A stretch of DNA of 64,000 nucleotides from an uncultured Dehalococcoidia bacterium (GTDB lineage: Bacteria > Chloroflexota > Dehalococcoidia > Lucifugimonadales > UBA2962). A program made the translations under genes and the position numbers. Where the stretch lies: assembly GCA_964637315.1 (NCBI GenBank), contig CAZWTT010000003.1, positions 64,022-128,021 of the forward strand, in the 5' to 3' direction. Shown one piece after another: positions 16,103 through 24,757 of this stretch. Within the stretch, counting starts at the first letter, position 1. Each line of letters starts with the position of its first letter. The notes below the pieces were generated by a model. It searched no databases. It was not told where the DNA came from and saw only the letters and a list, made by a program, of their open reading frames with translations.

Positions 16103-17725
16103 TTACAGGCCGATAATCCGGCCTTCGGCGTCCACGTCCAAGGAGCGTGGTTTTCCAGGCAACCCGGGCATCGTCACGATGTTGCCCGCGATCGGGTAGA
16201 TGAACCCGGCGCCAACCGAAGCTCGCACATCGCTCACCCGGAAGGTGTAATCGGAGGGACGGCCCTTTCTCCTAGCCTCGTGGCTGATCGAGAGGTGGGT
16301 CTTGGCCATGCATATGGGCAAGTCGCCCCAGCCAAGTGCCTCGAATCGACGTAGCCGCTTGCGAGCCGCTGGGGCCCAGGCCACGTCGCTGGCGTTGTAC
16401 ACACGGCGGGCTAGGCCGAGCACCTTATCTTCCAGGGAGTCGGTCAGCGGGTAGGCGTAGTTGATCGCCGGCACACCGTCCTTCGTTGCACTGATGAGGA
16501 CCTCCGCGAGGTCGGTGCACCCGGCGCCCCCTTCGGTGACCGGGTTGCTTTCTACCGCCGCTGTCGCACCGGCGTCTTCGCTGCCACTCTTGGCGATCAG
16601 CAGTTCACCAGGGGTGTCGGTGGGGAACCGATTGAGCGCCACCACCACCGGCAGTCCGAACGAGCGGATCACCCCGATCAGGTGCCGCAGGTTGGCCATA
16701 CCCGTCTCCACGGCCGCCTCGTTTGGAGACTCCAGATCGCGCATCTTCATACCGCCGTGGTACTTGAGCGCCTTGACCGTCGCAACGATCACCGCTCCAT
16801 GAGGTTGCATGCCGGATGAGCGAGCCTTGATGTGCATGAACTTTTCGAATCCCAGGTCGGCGCCGAACCCGGCCTCTGTAAGCACATAGTCGGCATATCC
16901 CAGAGCGAGCCGGTCGCCGATCACCGAGCTGCAGCCGTGTGCGATGTTGCCGAACGGCCCGGCGTGCACGATCACCGGTTGACCCTCGGTAGTCTGCACC
17001 AGGTTTGGCAGGATGGCGTGCCGCAGAAGCGACATCATAGAGCCCACGGCACCGACGTCTTCGGCGGTAATGGGGATGTCGTCGTCGGCAAACCCGACAA
17101 CCATTCTACCCAGCCTCGCCCGCAAGTCTTCCAGATCCGAGCTTAGAGCCAGTATCGCCATCACCTCCGAGGCTGTGACGATGTCGAAGCCGGTCTCCCT
17201 CACCGGTGCGTTGTTCGCACCACCCAAACCGGTCGCGACCTGCCGAAGCGATCGCTCCTCCATGTCGGAGACTCGTCGCAAAGTGACGCCAGCCGAAGTC
17301 AAACCGGGAATCTGGCCTCGCTGCACCGCGTTGTCGGTGAGAGCGGCCAGCAGGTTGTGTGCCGAGCCGACGGCGTGGGCGTCGCCGGTGAAGTGGACAT
17401 TCACCTCGTCTTCGGGAATTACCAGCGACTTGCCGCCGCCGGTACCGCCCCCCTTGATTCCGAATATGGGGCCCAGGGAGGGCTCTCGTAGTGTGGCGAC
17501 GGCATTGACCCCCAATCTACCGAGACCTTGAGTCAGGCCGACGGCAACGGTGGTCTTTCCCTCGCCTGCTGGGGTCGGCGTGATGCCGGTGACGATGATC
17601 AGCTTCCCATGGCCGGTTCCGTTGTTGATGGCCTCCAGAGGCACCTTGGCCTTGTTGTGGCCATAGGGGATGAGAGAGCCTGGGTCGAGTCCCAACTTCT
17701 TGGCGATGTCAGTGATTGGTCTCAC
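16103..17725 (-). CDS. fhs: formate--tetrahydrofolate ligase
   Basis: 540 aa with ITPTPAGEGKTTVAVGL (P-loop) and family-wide collinearity. It has a GTG start with AAAGGAG 11 nt upstream. Confidence 0.95.
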   Translation of the reverse strand: MRPITDIAKKLGLDPGSLIPYGHNKAKVPLEAINNGTGHGKLIIVTGITPTPAGEGKTTVAVGLTQGLGRLGVNAVATLREPSLGPIFGIKGGGTGGGKSLVIPEDEVNVHFTGDAHAVGSAHNLLAALTDNAVQRGQIPGLTSAGVTLRRVSDMEERSLRQVATGLGGANNAPVRETGFDIVTASEVMAILALSSDLEDLRARLGRMVVGFADDDIPITAEDVGAVGSMMSLLRHAILPNLVQTTEGQPVIVHAGPFGNIAHGCSSVIGDRLALGYADYVLTEAGFGADLGFEKFMHIKARSSGMQPHGAVIVATVKALKYHGGMKMRDLESPNEAAVETGMANLRHLIGVIRSFGLPVVVALNRFPTDTPGELLIAKSGSEDAGATAAVESNPVTEGGAGCTDLAEVLISATKDGVPAINYAYPLTDSLEDKVLGLARRVYNASDVAWAPAARKRLRRFEALGWGDLPICMAKTHLSISHEARRKGRPSDYTFRVSDVRASVGAGFIYPIAGNIVTMPGLPGKPRSLDVDAEGRIIGL

Positions 17726-17782
17726 GCTTGGAGTTACTCCTTTACGCGGTGCCGTCCACCTTCGCAGGTGAATCGCGGCCCG

Positions 17783-17791
17783 ATCTTAGCA
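17783..17791 (-). promoter_or_regulatory. candidate extended -10 (TGCTAAGAT) for the fhs-led operon
   Basis: The minus strand reads ...CATGTGCTAAGATCGGG about 55 nt upstream of the fhs GTG. No good -35 is present. Confidence 0.25.
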
Positions 17792-17810
17792 CATGGGCAC
17801 CGATGGAATT

Positions 17811-17826
17811 TTGACCCGCGCGTCAA
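17811..17826. promoter_or_regulatory. 16-bp palindrome TTGACCCGCGCGTCAA in the divergent fhs / enolase-fusion intergenic region
   Basis: Perfect 5-bp arms TTGAC/GTCAA around a GC-rich 6-mer. It sits about 25 nt upstream of the candidate fhs -10 on the minus strand. Confidence 0.3.
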
Positions 17827-18040
17827 GACCATGTCACCTCACTACCTCACCGATTTGTTTACGTACGCCTTTGCTGAAGACGCAACTGATGGTATTTAGC
17901 GATTGACGTGGCACAATCGGTGGTGTCCAATATCCTCCCCGGAAACTTTGGGAGACACTTCGGGGAACGCTGTGGGCTAGGCTTCTTAAGGAGGCGCTCA
18001 AATCCGGCTGGACAAGGGCTGGGTCATCGCCAACCACATT

Positions 18041-20536
18041 TTGGTGGCGTTCCATGCCGCGTTCATCCTCTCGTTGCTTTCCCTTCCACGCATCGAGTTA
18101 TGGTGGGTCCTGCGCCACCTCTTCGCCAGCTGGGAGACGCTCGTTGCCGTTGGCCTCTGGTATCTCACGTACCACGTCGCCATCTGGTGGCACGAGCGCG
18201 GTCACTACTGGCAGTCCGTCGCCTCCCGTACACTCCGTGAAGACCTCCTGCCCGCCGCTGAAAGCGCGATGCGGTCGGGTGGCGTCGGACGGTTCGTCTT
18301 TGAGTCCCGACTGTTCGCACTGGCACCCGTGGGACGGTTTCCGGGCATAAAGCGGCAGGGATTGGGTTACTACGTAGAGGCGCCGTTCAACCTCTCGGCC
18401 GCCGCAAAGGGGCCGGAGGCAAGCGGTCGGCTCGGTCTCCTGTTGCTACCGCTCGCCGGATTGTTGGTAGCGGTTGGCCTTGTCTGGGACGCCAGTTGGA
18501 CCGTCTTCATCGGCCGTTTGTTCTTTGGCATCGGAGCCGTCGCGCTGCTCGACTGTCTTCTCGCCGACCCGGGCAGGTATAGGGAGTTTCAACGGCAAGA
18601 GTCTCGTGCCCGTGCGGCGGCGGCAACGGTCCAAAAGACCGGGACTTGGCATGAAAAAGTAGCTTCCGTCGCGGAGACTATGCGCACCACCCGCTTGGCT
18701 GAGCGTCACTTCTCCGATGGCACCGTCGTCCGCGCTCCCTGGACTTTCCGGAACTCGGGCATGGGCGGCAGGCATACCGAGAGAGACTACCCGGAGAGCA
18801 ACATCAGCCTGCAAGAGTCGATGTTTGTCCCCCTGTCGGCTACGAGCTACGAAGACTCCCAGGAGATGACCGTGGCGCTACAGGGCCGCCTCAAGGAGAT
18901 CATCGACATCACCACCGGCTGCCGGGTCATGGGAATCGGCATGGAGGGTGGGCTGGCCGCCTACATTACGCCAGAACCAGGCGACGAAGTGCCCGAGCTT
19001 CGCCTATGGCGGATGATGCGGCGCGCTATTGAGGACAACGGCTACGCTGCGGGCACCGACGTGGCGATCGCCGTTGATGCCGCGGCATCCGAGCTTCAGC
19101 AGGCGTACCGGGAAACCTACGACCAGCCCGACGCCATCGGGTCGTACCTGTTCTGGCGTGACCAGAATCAGCAAATGAGCCGCGAAGAGATGCTCGCCCT
19201 ATACGAGAAGGCCATCTACGAACAGGATGTGCCCATCGTCAGTTTCGAGGACCCCTTCAGCGAGGACGACTGGGAGGGCTGGCAGGCCATGATGAATCGG
19301 CTGGGCGAACGGGTGCTCATCGTCGCCGACGACCTCGTCACGACCAAGGATTCCACGATCGAGAGAGCGTCCGCTAGGAACGCCGTCAATTCGGTGCTGG
19401 TCAAAGCCAACCAGATCGGCACACTGACCGAGACGACCGCCGCCATGGTGGTCGCCCTGGCGAAGGGCATGAACCTGATCGTCTCGCACCGCTCGCAATC
19501 GCCCAATGAGACGATGGAGGCTGAGATCGCCATGGCCGCCGGTTCGTTGGGGCTGAAGGCCGGCGGCGGAGCCAACACCGAGCGCTTGGTCAAATACGCA
19601 GCCGTGGCCGATGTCCTCAACGGACCCGACCAGCCGCCGCTCCAAGCCCCGCTCGACGGCGTGCCGACGGCCCTCGACTCCGCCGTCATCACGGAGATCA
19701 CCGCGAGAGAGGAGTACACCAACGCCGGTATGCCCACCGTCAGGGCGACCATCACCGCACGAGTGCCGGGAGACCCTCGCAAGCTGGTCTTCACCGGCTC
19801 CACGCCCCTCGGCACTTCGGCCGGATCCGACGAGGCGCGACATCTCGTCGATTCGGTCGTCGAACCGGGACCCATCGTCGATCGATATCCAGAGAAATTC
19901 GCGGTCCAGGCCGACGGCACCTACCGGTTTGTCGAGGGCCTCTCGGGTGAGCAGATCGACGGCGACCCTGAACTGGCGGAGTTGTGGAGAAGGGCGCGGC
20001 GCTTCAGCGGCAGGGGAGTCCTCAACGCAGTCGACAACGTCCGGGAGGTGCTTGGTCAGGCCTTTGTCGGCAAGGGGGCGCGCGAATTGGGTAGCCTCGC
20101 TGATATCGACCGGGCGCTGCTGCGCATCGAGCTTCAGACGGCGGGGGCGCGGGGCAAGGACTGCGGCGATCCGGTCGCGACCGGACAGCTCAAGGCGAAC
20201 ATGGGCATGAACGCCATCCTCTCAATGTCCCTGGCACTGGCCAGATTCAAAGCCTTCTCCGAGGGCAAGGAACTGTGGCAGCTGTTGCGGGAGCAGCTTA
20301 CGGGGACGCTTGAGGGGATTTCCAATAGCAGCCGGCGTAACGGGACCGGTCCATCGTTCGACCAGCTGGTCGCCAACGTGTGCTCGGCCAACCGGAGCGT
20401 CGAGGACAAGGGTGGACCGTTTTACGAGATCGTCAGGCAGCAGATGGCGATCTACGAGCCGGAGCCCGGTTCTCCACGAGGTGCAGCCTCGCTCGTCAGG
20501 TCTTCTTCGGCCGAGGCCTCATCGCTTCGGCAATAG
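18041..20536 (+). CDS. fusion protein: N-terminal 4-TM S2P/M50-like HExxH module + circularly permuted enolase (barrel domain first, N-terminal capping domain last)
   Basis: 831-aa uninterrupted ORF. Residues 41-57 read YLTYHVAIWWHERGHYW (compare RseP HEFGHFW). Residues about 218-525 carry the enolase barrel motifs in canonical order. Residues about 546-745 carry the enolase N-domain motifs. Details are in the findings. The TTG start at 18041 is uncertain. The frame is open from 17990. Confidence 0.75.
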   Translation: MVAFHAAFILSLLSLPRIELWWVLRHLFASWETLVAVGLWYLTYHVAIWWHERGHYWQSVASRTLREDLLPAAESAMRSGGVGRFVFESRLFALAPVGRFPGIKRQGLGYYVEAPFNLSAAAKGPEASGRLGLLLLPLAGLLVAVGLVWDASWTVFIGRLFFGIGAVALLDCLLADPGRYREFQRQESRARAAAATVQKTGTWHEKVASVAETMRTTRLAERHFSDGTVVRAPWTFRNSGMGGRHTERDYPESNISLQESMFVPLSATSYEDSQEMTVALQGRLKEIIDITTGCRVMGIGMEGGLAAYITPEPGDEVPELRLWRMMRRAIEDNGYAAGTDVAIAVDAAASELQQAYRETYDQPDAIGSYLFWRDQNQQMSREEMLALYEKAIYEQDVPIVSFEDPFSEDDWEGWQAMMNRLGERVLIVADDLVTTKDSTIERASARNAVNSVLVKANQIGTLTETTAAMVVALAKGMNLIVSHRSQSPNETMEAEIAMAAGSLGLKAGGGANTERLVKYAAVADVLNGPDQPPLQAPLDGVPTALDSAVITEITAREEYTNAGMPTVRATITARVPGDPRKLVFTGSTPLGTSAGSDEARHLVDSVVEPGPIVDRYPEKFAVQADGTYRFVEGLSGEQIDGDPELAELWRRARRFSGRGVLNAVDNVREVLGQAFVGKGARELGSLADIDRALLRIELQTAGARGKDCGDPVATGQLKANMGMNAILSMSLALARFKAFSEGKELWQLLREQLTGTLEGISNSSRRNGTGPSFDQLVANVCSANRSVEDKGGPFYEIVRQQMAIYEPEPGSPRGAASLVRSSSAEASSLRQ

Positions 20537-20540
20537 ACGG
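20470..20540 (+). repeat. ~70-nt dispersed repeat, copy D (3' end of the enolase-fusion ORF)
   Basis: TTCTCCACGAGGTGCAGCCTCGCTCGTCAGGTCTTCTTCGGCCGAGGCCTCATCGCTTCGGCAATAGACGG. It encodes the last about 22 aa. It also supplies the stop codon: CAATAGACGG here versus CAATCGACGG in copies B, C and E. Confidence 0.7.
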
Positions 20541-20562
20541 TTCACTTTTGCAGCCCGTCCAC

Positions 20563-21267
20563 TCACTCCGTCCGGACAAAGGTTTTTACGAATTCCAGCA
20601 CCGGTTGGAGTGATTCGAACGGGGTAAATGGAATGCCCGTCGAGCGGCAGTGTGTGGCGAGAGAGCGGCGGGCGAACAGCACGTCCACCTCCTTTGCGAC
20701 ACAGAAGTCCGACGCGCCGTCGCCCGCGAAGACCACCGTCCGTTCGGCGTCTTGGTGGACCCGCACCCGCGCGCACTTACACGCCCCAGCGTCGTTACAC
20801 ATCACGACGCCATCTGGGTAGGTCGTGACTGCTCGGTCACCCTGGCCGAAATCCGCGGTTAATGAGGTGACGGGGATACGCGGGATGCCGAAGTGCTCCA
20901 GCAGCGGGTCGATGTAGTTGCTGAGACCGCCGGAGACGATCTCGACCGGTATCGACCAGTCGAGGCAGTACCGGATTAGCTCCACCGCGCCTTTGCGGAC
21001 CTCCGCGTGTTCGAGGGCGAACCTCTCAATGTCGCATTCCTGCTCCGACGGCAGCAGTTCGTACTCACGCTCCAGCAGTATCCGGAACTCTGCACCGTTC
21101 TCCGGCCAGCCTCGTTCGATTGACATCCACTCGGGAGTTGCGAACTCGTCCATGATCATGTGGCCGACATCCACGTTCGTCAGCGTCCCGTCGAAGTCCA
21201 GTAGAACTGCGATTGTTCCGCCACGATTCGCCTCGTTCGACTTATCTCTCATGCTCTTGAGGGTCAA
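20563..21267 (-). CDS. HAD-superfamily phosphatase, MtnX-like (2-hydroxy-3-keto-5-methylthiopentenyl-1-phosphate phosphatase family)
   Basis: 234 aa with LLDFDGTLTNVD (DxDGT), FATPEWM, VSGGLSNYIDPLLE, a CKC cysteine pair and GDGASDFCVAKEVDVLFAR. It is collinear with Bacillus MtnX as I remember it. Confidence 0.75.
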   Translation of the reverse strand: MTLKSMRDKSNEANRGGTIAVLLDFDGTLTNVDVGHMIMDEFATPEWMSIERGWPENGAEFRILLEREYELLPSEQECDIERFALEHAEVRKGAVELIRYCLDWSIPVEIVSGGLSNYIDPLLEHFGIPRIPVTSLTADFGQGDRAVTTYPDGVVMCNDAGACKCARVRVHQDAERTVVFAGDGASDFCVAKEVDVLFARRSLATHCRSTGIPFTPFESLQPVLEFVKTFVRTE

Positions 21268-22565
21268 CTAATCTCTCTTAGCGTTCTTTGCGTGATCAGG
21301 ATCACGGATGTAGCCAGGAGCAACAGCACCGCCATCACTCCGATCACCAGCTGTCCGCCGAGATGCTCGATGGCGAACCCGATAGGCATGACGACCAGAG
21401 GTACGAGACCGAAGGTCATCAGGTAGAGGCTCATCGTCCGGCCCCTATACTCGGGGTCGCCGCGCTCCATTATCAACGTATGGGTGAGGGTACGGCGACT
21501 GGTGTCGGCCACACCGAGAACTACCATTAACAACGCGGTGACTGCAAAGACGGGCACGGCGGATATAACGAGCAAGGCAACGCTGGACAGCCCGCCAGCG
21601 AGGATCAGGATGACACCCCGCCTCGTTTTGCGCATCGACGCTAGCACGAGCGAGCCCGCCAACGACCCCATGCCCATGATGCTTACCAGCAGCCCCAGTG
21701 CCTCCGGTCCCCGTTCGTATACATCGACCACGAACACCGGCAAGACGAACCGGAAGGGTATCGCAAGTGATGCTGTGATGAGGGTCAACGTCAACAGCAG
21801 GCGAATCGTTGGAGTCCTTCCTACGTAGTCGAGTCCGGCCCTGATTTCGCTAAAGACCGCCCGGACCTTGTGCTCGGATGGCTTCAGGCTCGGTAGGGTA
21901 CCCGTGAGTGCCACGGACAGGAATCCGAGGCCTGCAATGAGGAAAAAAACGACGTCCGCACCCGCTAGGGCGTAGAGCGCGCCGCCGATGCCCGGGGCGA
22001 TAAGGAACGTGGTACTGAGCAGTGCGCCGTTCAAGGCTACGGCGTTGCCGACGTGGCGGCGGTCCACCACCTGCGGTATTGCGGCCTGCCTCGCTGGCAT
22101 GGTGACTGCGAACACCGTTCCGTAGACGAAGCCCATTGCGAGCAGGTGGATCCAGGTTGCCGTGTTCGTCCAGACCGTAAACGCAACGAAGAGGCCTACC
22201 GCCCCGGCCAGCAGTTGGCCCGCCTGCATCACCCGCTTACGGTCCAGGCGGTCGGCAACAACGCCACCGAAGAGCGCCAGCACCAACATCGGCACCGCCT
22301 GGGCCCCGTGGACGAGGCCGAGGCGGGTGGCGGAGCCGGTCAGGTCGTAGGCGAGGTATCCCATCGCCACGAACGACATCTGCACGCTACCCATGAACGC
22401 GAACATGGCGAACCACATGTAGCGGTAGTCCCGTTCGCCGAGGGAGCTGAAGGTGTGTCGCCACCATGCGGGCGGTCGTCTCCGGCGTCGGCTCCGCTGT
22501 GTTAACGACCGATCAGGGGTCGCCTCCTCAGATGATGCGACATCGGTCGGTAAATCGGGATCCAT
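21264..22565 (-). CDS. MFS transporter
   Basis: 433 aa with about 12 hydrophobic segments and a loop 2-3 motif GGVVADRLDRKRV. It overlaps the HAD gene by 4 nt. Confidence 0.85.
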   Translation of the reverse strand: MDPDLPTDVASSEEATPDRSLTQRSRRRRRPPAWWRHTFSSLGERDYRYMWFAMFAFMGSVQMSFVAMGYLAYDLTGSATRLGLVHGAQAVPMLVLALFGGVVADRLDRKRVMQAGQLLAGAVGLFVAFTVWTNTATWIHLLAMGFVYGTVFAVTMPARQAAIPQVVDRRHVGNAVALNGALLSTTFLIAPGIGGALYALAGADVVFFLIAGLGFLSVALTGTLPSLKPSEHKVRAVFSEIRAGLDYVGRTPTIRLLLTLTLITASLAIPFRFVLPVFVVDVYERGPEALGLLVSIMGMGSLAGSLVLASMRKTRRGVILILAGGLSSVALLVISAVPVFAVTALLMVVLGVADTSRRTLTHTLIMERGDPEYRGRTMSLYLMTFGLVPLVVMPIGFAIEHLGGQLVIGVMAVLLLLATSVILITQRTLREIS

Positions 22566-22624
22566 TCAACCCAGTCTAGGATCAGATAGGAGCCGGGGGC
22601 AAGGAGATTAAAGTACGGCAAAAA

Positions 22625-22705
22625 GGGTCCGGGCCACGAGGGACGCTCGCCCCGACGAGGCTGAGCCCTGTCAGGAAGGTCCTCGCGGGTGTTCGGCCCG
22701 GACCC
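22625..22705. other. 81-nt element closed by a perfect 11-bp inverted repeat (GGGTCCGGGCC ... GGCCCGGACCC) in the MFS/aroC divergent intergenic region
   Basis: The arms lie at 22625-22635 and 22695-22705. A nested imperfect second pair (CGAGGGAC / GTCCTCG) lies inside. Confidence 0.4.
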
Positions 22706-22768
22706 GCATTATCCGCTCTGCGCCGCACTGCCAAGGGGGCGACGACGATCTGATGTTACCATAGCGCG

Positions 22769-23842
22769 ATGGGCAGTACGTTCGGAAACCTCTTTCGCAT
22801 CACCACATGGGGCGAGTCCCACGGCGACGCCGTCGGGGTGATCGTCGACGGCTGCCCTCCCAACCTCGAGCTCGACGTCGTAGAGATCCAATCGGAGTTG
22901 GATCGTCGTCGGCCGGGCCAGAGCGACATCACCACCCAGCGTCGCGAACCCGACCGCGTCGAGATACTCTCTGGCGTCTTCGAGGGCCGCACGTTGGGGA
23001 CGCCGATCTCCATTGCCGTCCGAAACGAGGACGCTAAGGGCAAAGACTATGAGCACATGAGGACCGCCTTCCGGCCTTCCCACGCCGACTACACCTACCA
23101 GGCAAAGTACGGCATTCGCAACTGGAAGGGGGGCGGACGGGCAAGTGCTCGGGAGACCATCGGCCGGGTGGCCGCGGGCGCCATCGCCGCCAAGTTATTG
23201 GTGGCCGAGGGCGTGCAGATAGTCGGCTACGTCAAAAAGGTCTGGACCTTGGAGGCCGAGGTCGACCCCGACACTGTCACGCGCGGCGCGGTGGAAGCCA
23301 ATGTCGCCCGCGTACCGGACCCCGCAATGGCAGATCAAATCATTAACCGCATCAAGCAGGCACGCAAGGACGGCGACTCTCTCGGTGGTGTTATCGAGGC
23401 TGTCGCTAGGGGCGTACCCCCGGGCCTGGGCGAGCCAGTCTTCGACAAGCTGGAGGCCGATCTTGCTCGCGGTCTCCTGTCACTGCCCGCGTGCAAGGGC
23501 TTCGAGATCGGCTCCGGCTCCGCAGGCGCAGAGATGACCGGGTCAGCCCACAACGACCCCTTCTACTCCGAGGGGGGGCAGGTTCGCACACGTACGAACC
23601 GGTCTGGGGGCGTTCAGGGCGGCATCTCCAACGGCGAGAACATCGTCGTACGTGCCGTCTTCAAGCCGACCGCGACCATCGCGAAACAGCAGGACACGGT
23701 CGATGACCAGGGCAACGAGACCACCATCACCGGCCACGGCCGCCACGATCCGTGTGTCCTGCCGAGAGCCGTTCCAATGGTCGAGGCGATGGTCGCGCTA
23801 GTGCTGTGCGACCACCTGCTGATGCAAAGGGCCCTCCGCTAA
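22769..23842 (+). CDS. aroC: chorismate synthase
   Basis: 357 aa with the N-terminus [19 protein letters not shown] and later [13 protein letters not shown] and GRHDPCV. Confidence 0.95.
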   Translation: MGSTFGNLFRITTWGESHGDAVGVIVDGCPPNLELDVVEIQSELDRRRPGQSDITTQRREPDRVEILSGVFEGRTLGTPISIAVRNEDAKGKDYEHMRTAFRPSHADYTYQAKYGIRNWKGGGRASARETIGRVAAGAIAAKLLVAEGVQIVGYVKKVWTLEAEVDPDTVTRGAVEANVARVPDPAMADQIINRIKQARKDGDSLGGVIEAVARGVPPGLGEPVFDKLEADLARGLLSLPACKGFEIGSGSAGAEMTGSAHNDPFYSEGGQVRTRTNRSGGVQGGISNGENIVVRAVFKPTATIAKQQDTVDDQGNETTITGHGRHDPCVLPRAVPMVEAMVALVLCDHLLMQRALR

Positions 23843-23892
23843 CTTCGTTCGTTCTACACTCATCTTCGGCCCACGACCTCAGCCAGGTTCGT

Positions 23893-24757
23893 CTAAGGGC
23901 ATATCCTCCGAACTGCTTTTAGCGTTTCGCCGTCAGGGTAAACTTCAGCGCCTAGTAGTACAGTCACCTTCGCCTCATCGTCATCAGGCAGTATTAGACA
24001 TAACCGATCTTCTTCTTCTGCGTCGGGCAGCCAATTCCGATTGAGTCCGCAGCAAGCACATACCACTCGGTAGCGAACTAGTTTCTTGCCAATTGGGATA
24101 AGTCGCATGTACCTGTGGTTGCATTCCATAGGTGTATTGGTGTCTCCAATCGCACGTTGGAAGACGGGTGGGTCGAACCAACCGAAGATCTCTTTAAGCG
24201 CCAGTTGTCCACCGATATTTCAACGAGATAGGCCTCGCCTATCAAAGGACCGAACGAGCGATTGTAGATGAGTGATCTTTCTATCGCTTTTGTTCTCATC
24301 ACGCTGCCTCTGTGTCGTTCAGGCAGGTCGTGGAAATTCCCAGGGATAAACAGATACAAGACGACTAGGTCAAAGCATCTGTAGGATTCGATCTTCTCTT
24401 CGTATTGATCTGGAGAGTAATTTGTGGCTTGGACTTCAATCGCAATATCCGGAGCGTCTGATCGCACCACGTACACACCGGCTACGTGATCACTACTGCG
24501 TGTTCAATGAACGGTGTCCCAAGGTCAGTTTGATGGACTGCTGACTCGATCACGAGCTTTCCCTGCAAATGCTCCATGATCTCCGGTTCGGCTAGGACAC
24601 AGTTTGCTGCTGGTGCGTGCCGGAAATGTTTGGCGACTATCTGACCGTCGACCCAGTAGGCGCGGTGGTCGCATTGGGGGCAACGATATTCCTCAAGTCG
24701 CTGTTCAACTTCGTTGGCCCGTACTCGGACGCCGAGGTCATCAAGAGCGAATAGCAC
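23893..24757 (-). pseudogene. CoiA-like (competence protein CoiA family) nuclease gene, disrupted by an in-frame TAG and a frameshift
   Basis: GTG start at 24757 with GAGGAG 9 nt upstream. The N-terminus is YRCPQCDHRAYWVDGQIVAKHFRHAPAANC...MEHLQGK. A TAG at 24482-24484 is followed in the same frame by PVYVVRSDAPDIAIEVQATNYSPDQYEEKIESYRCFDLVVLYLF. The C-terminal part (LKEIFGWFDPPVFQR...CACCG...) continues in another frame from about 24210. Confidence 0.6.

Noticed and set aside
17726-17800. Possible Moco riboswitch or other known leader upstream of the fhs-moeA-mobA-AOR-FDH operon.
   Set aside because: The putative 5' UTR is only about 55 nt. It shows just a 4-bp hairpin (CACC-UGCGAA-GGUG). 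That is far too short for, and unlike, the roughly 130-nt Moco motif as I remember it.
17988-17994. Strong AAGGAGG upstream of the permuted-enolase ORF, considered as a marker of a different start or a hidden small ORF.
   Set aside because: No ATG, GTG or TTG lies within 5-13 nt in any frame. Only an in-frame ATC (18002) and CTG (18008) are present. I left the TTG at 18041 as the start and flagged it as uncertain rather than invent a non-canonical start.
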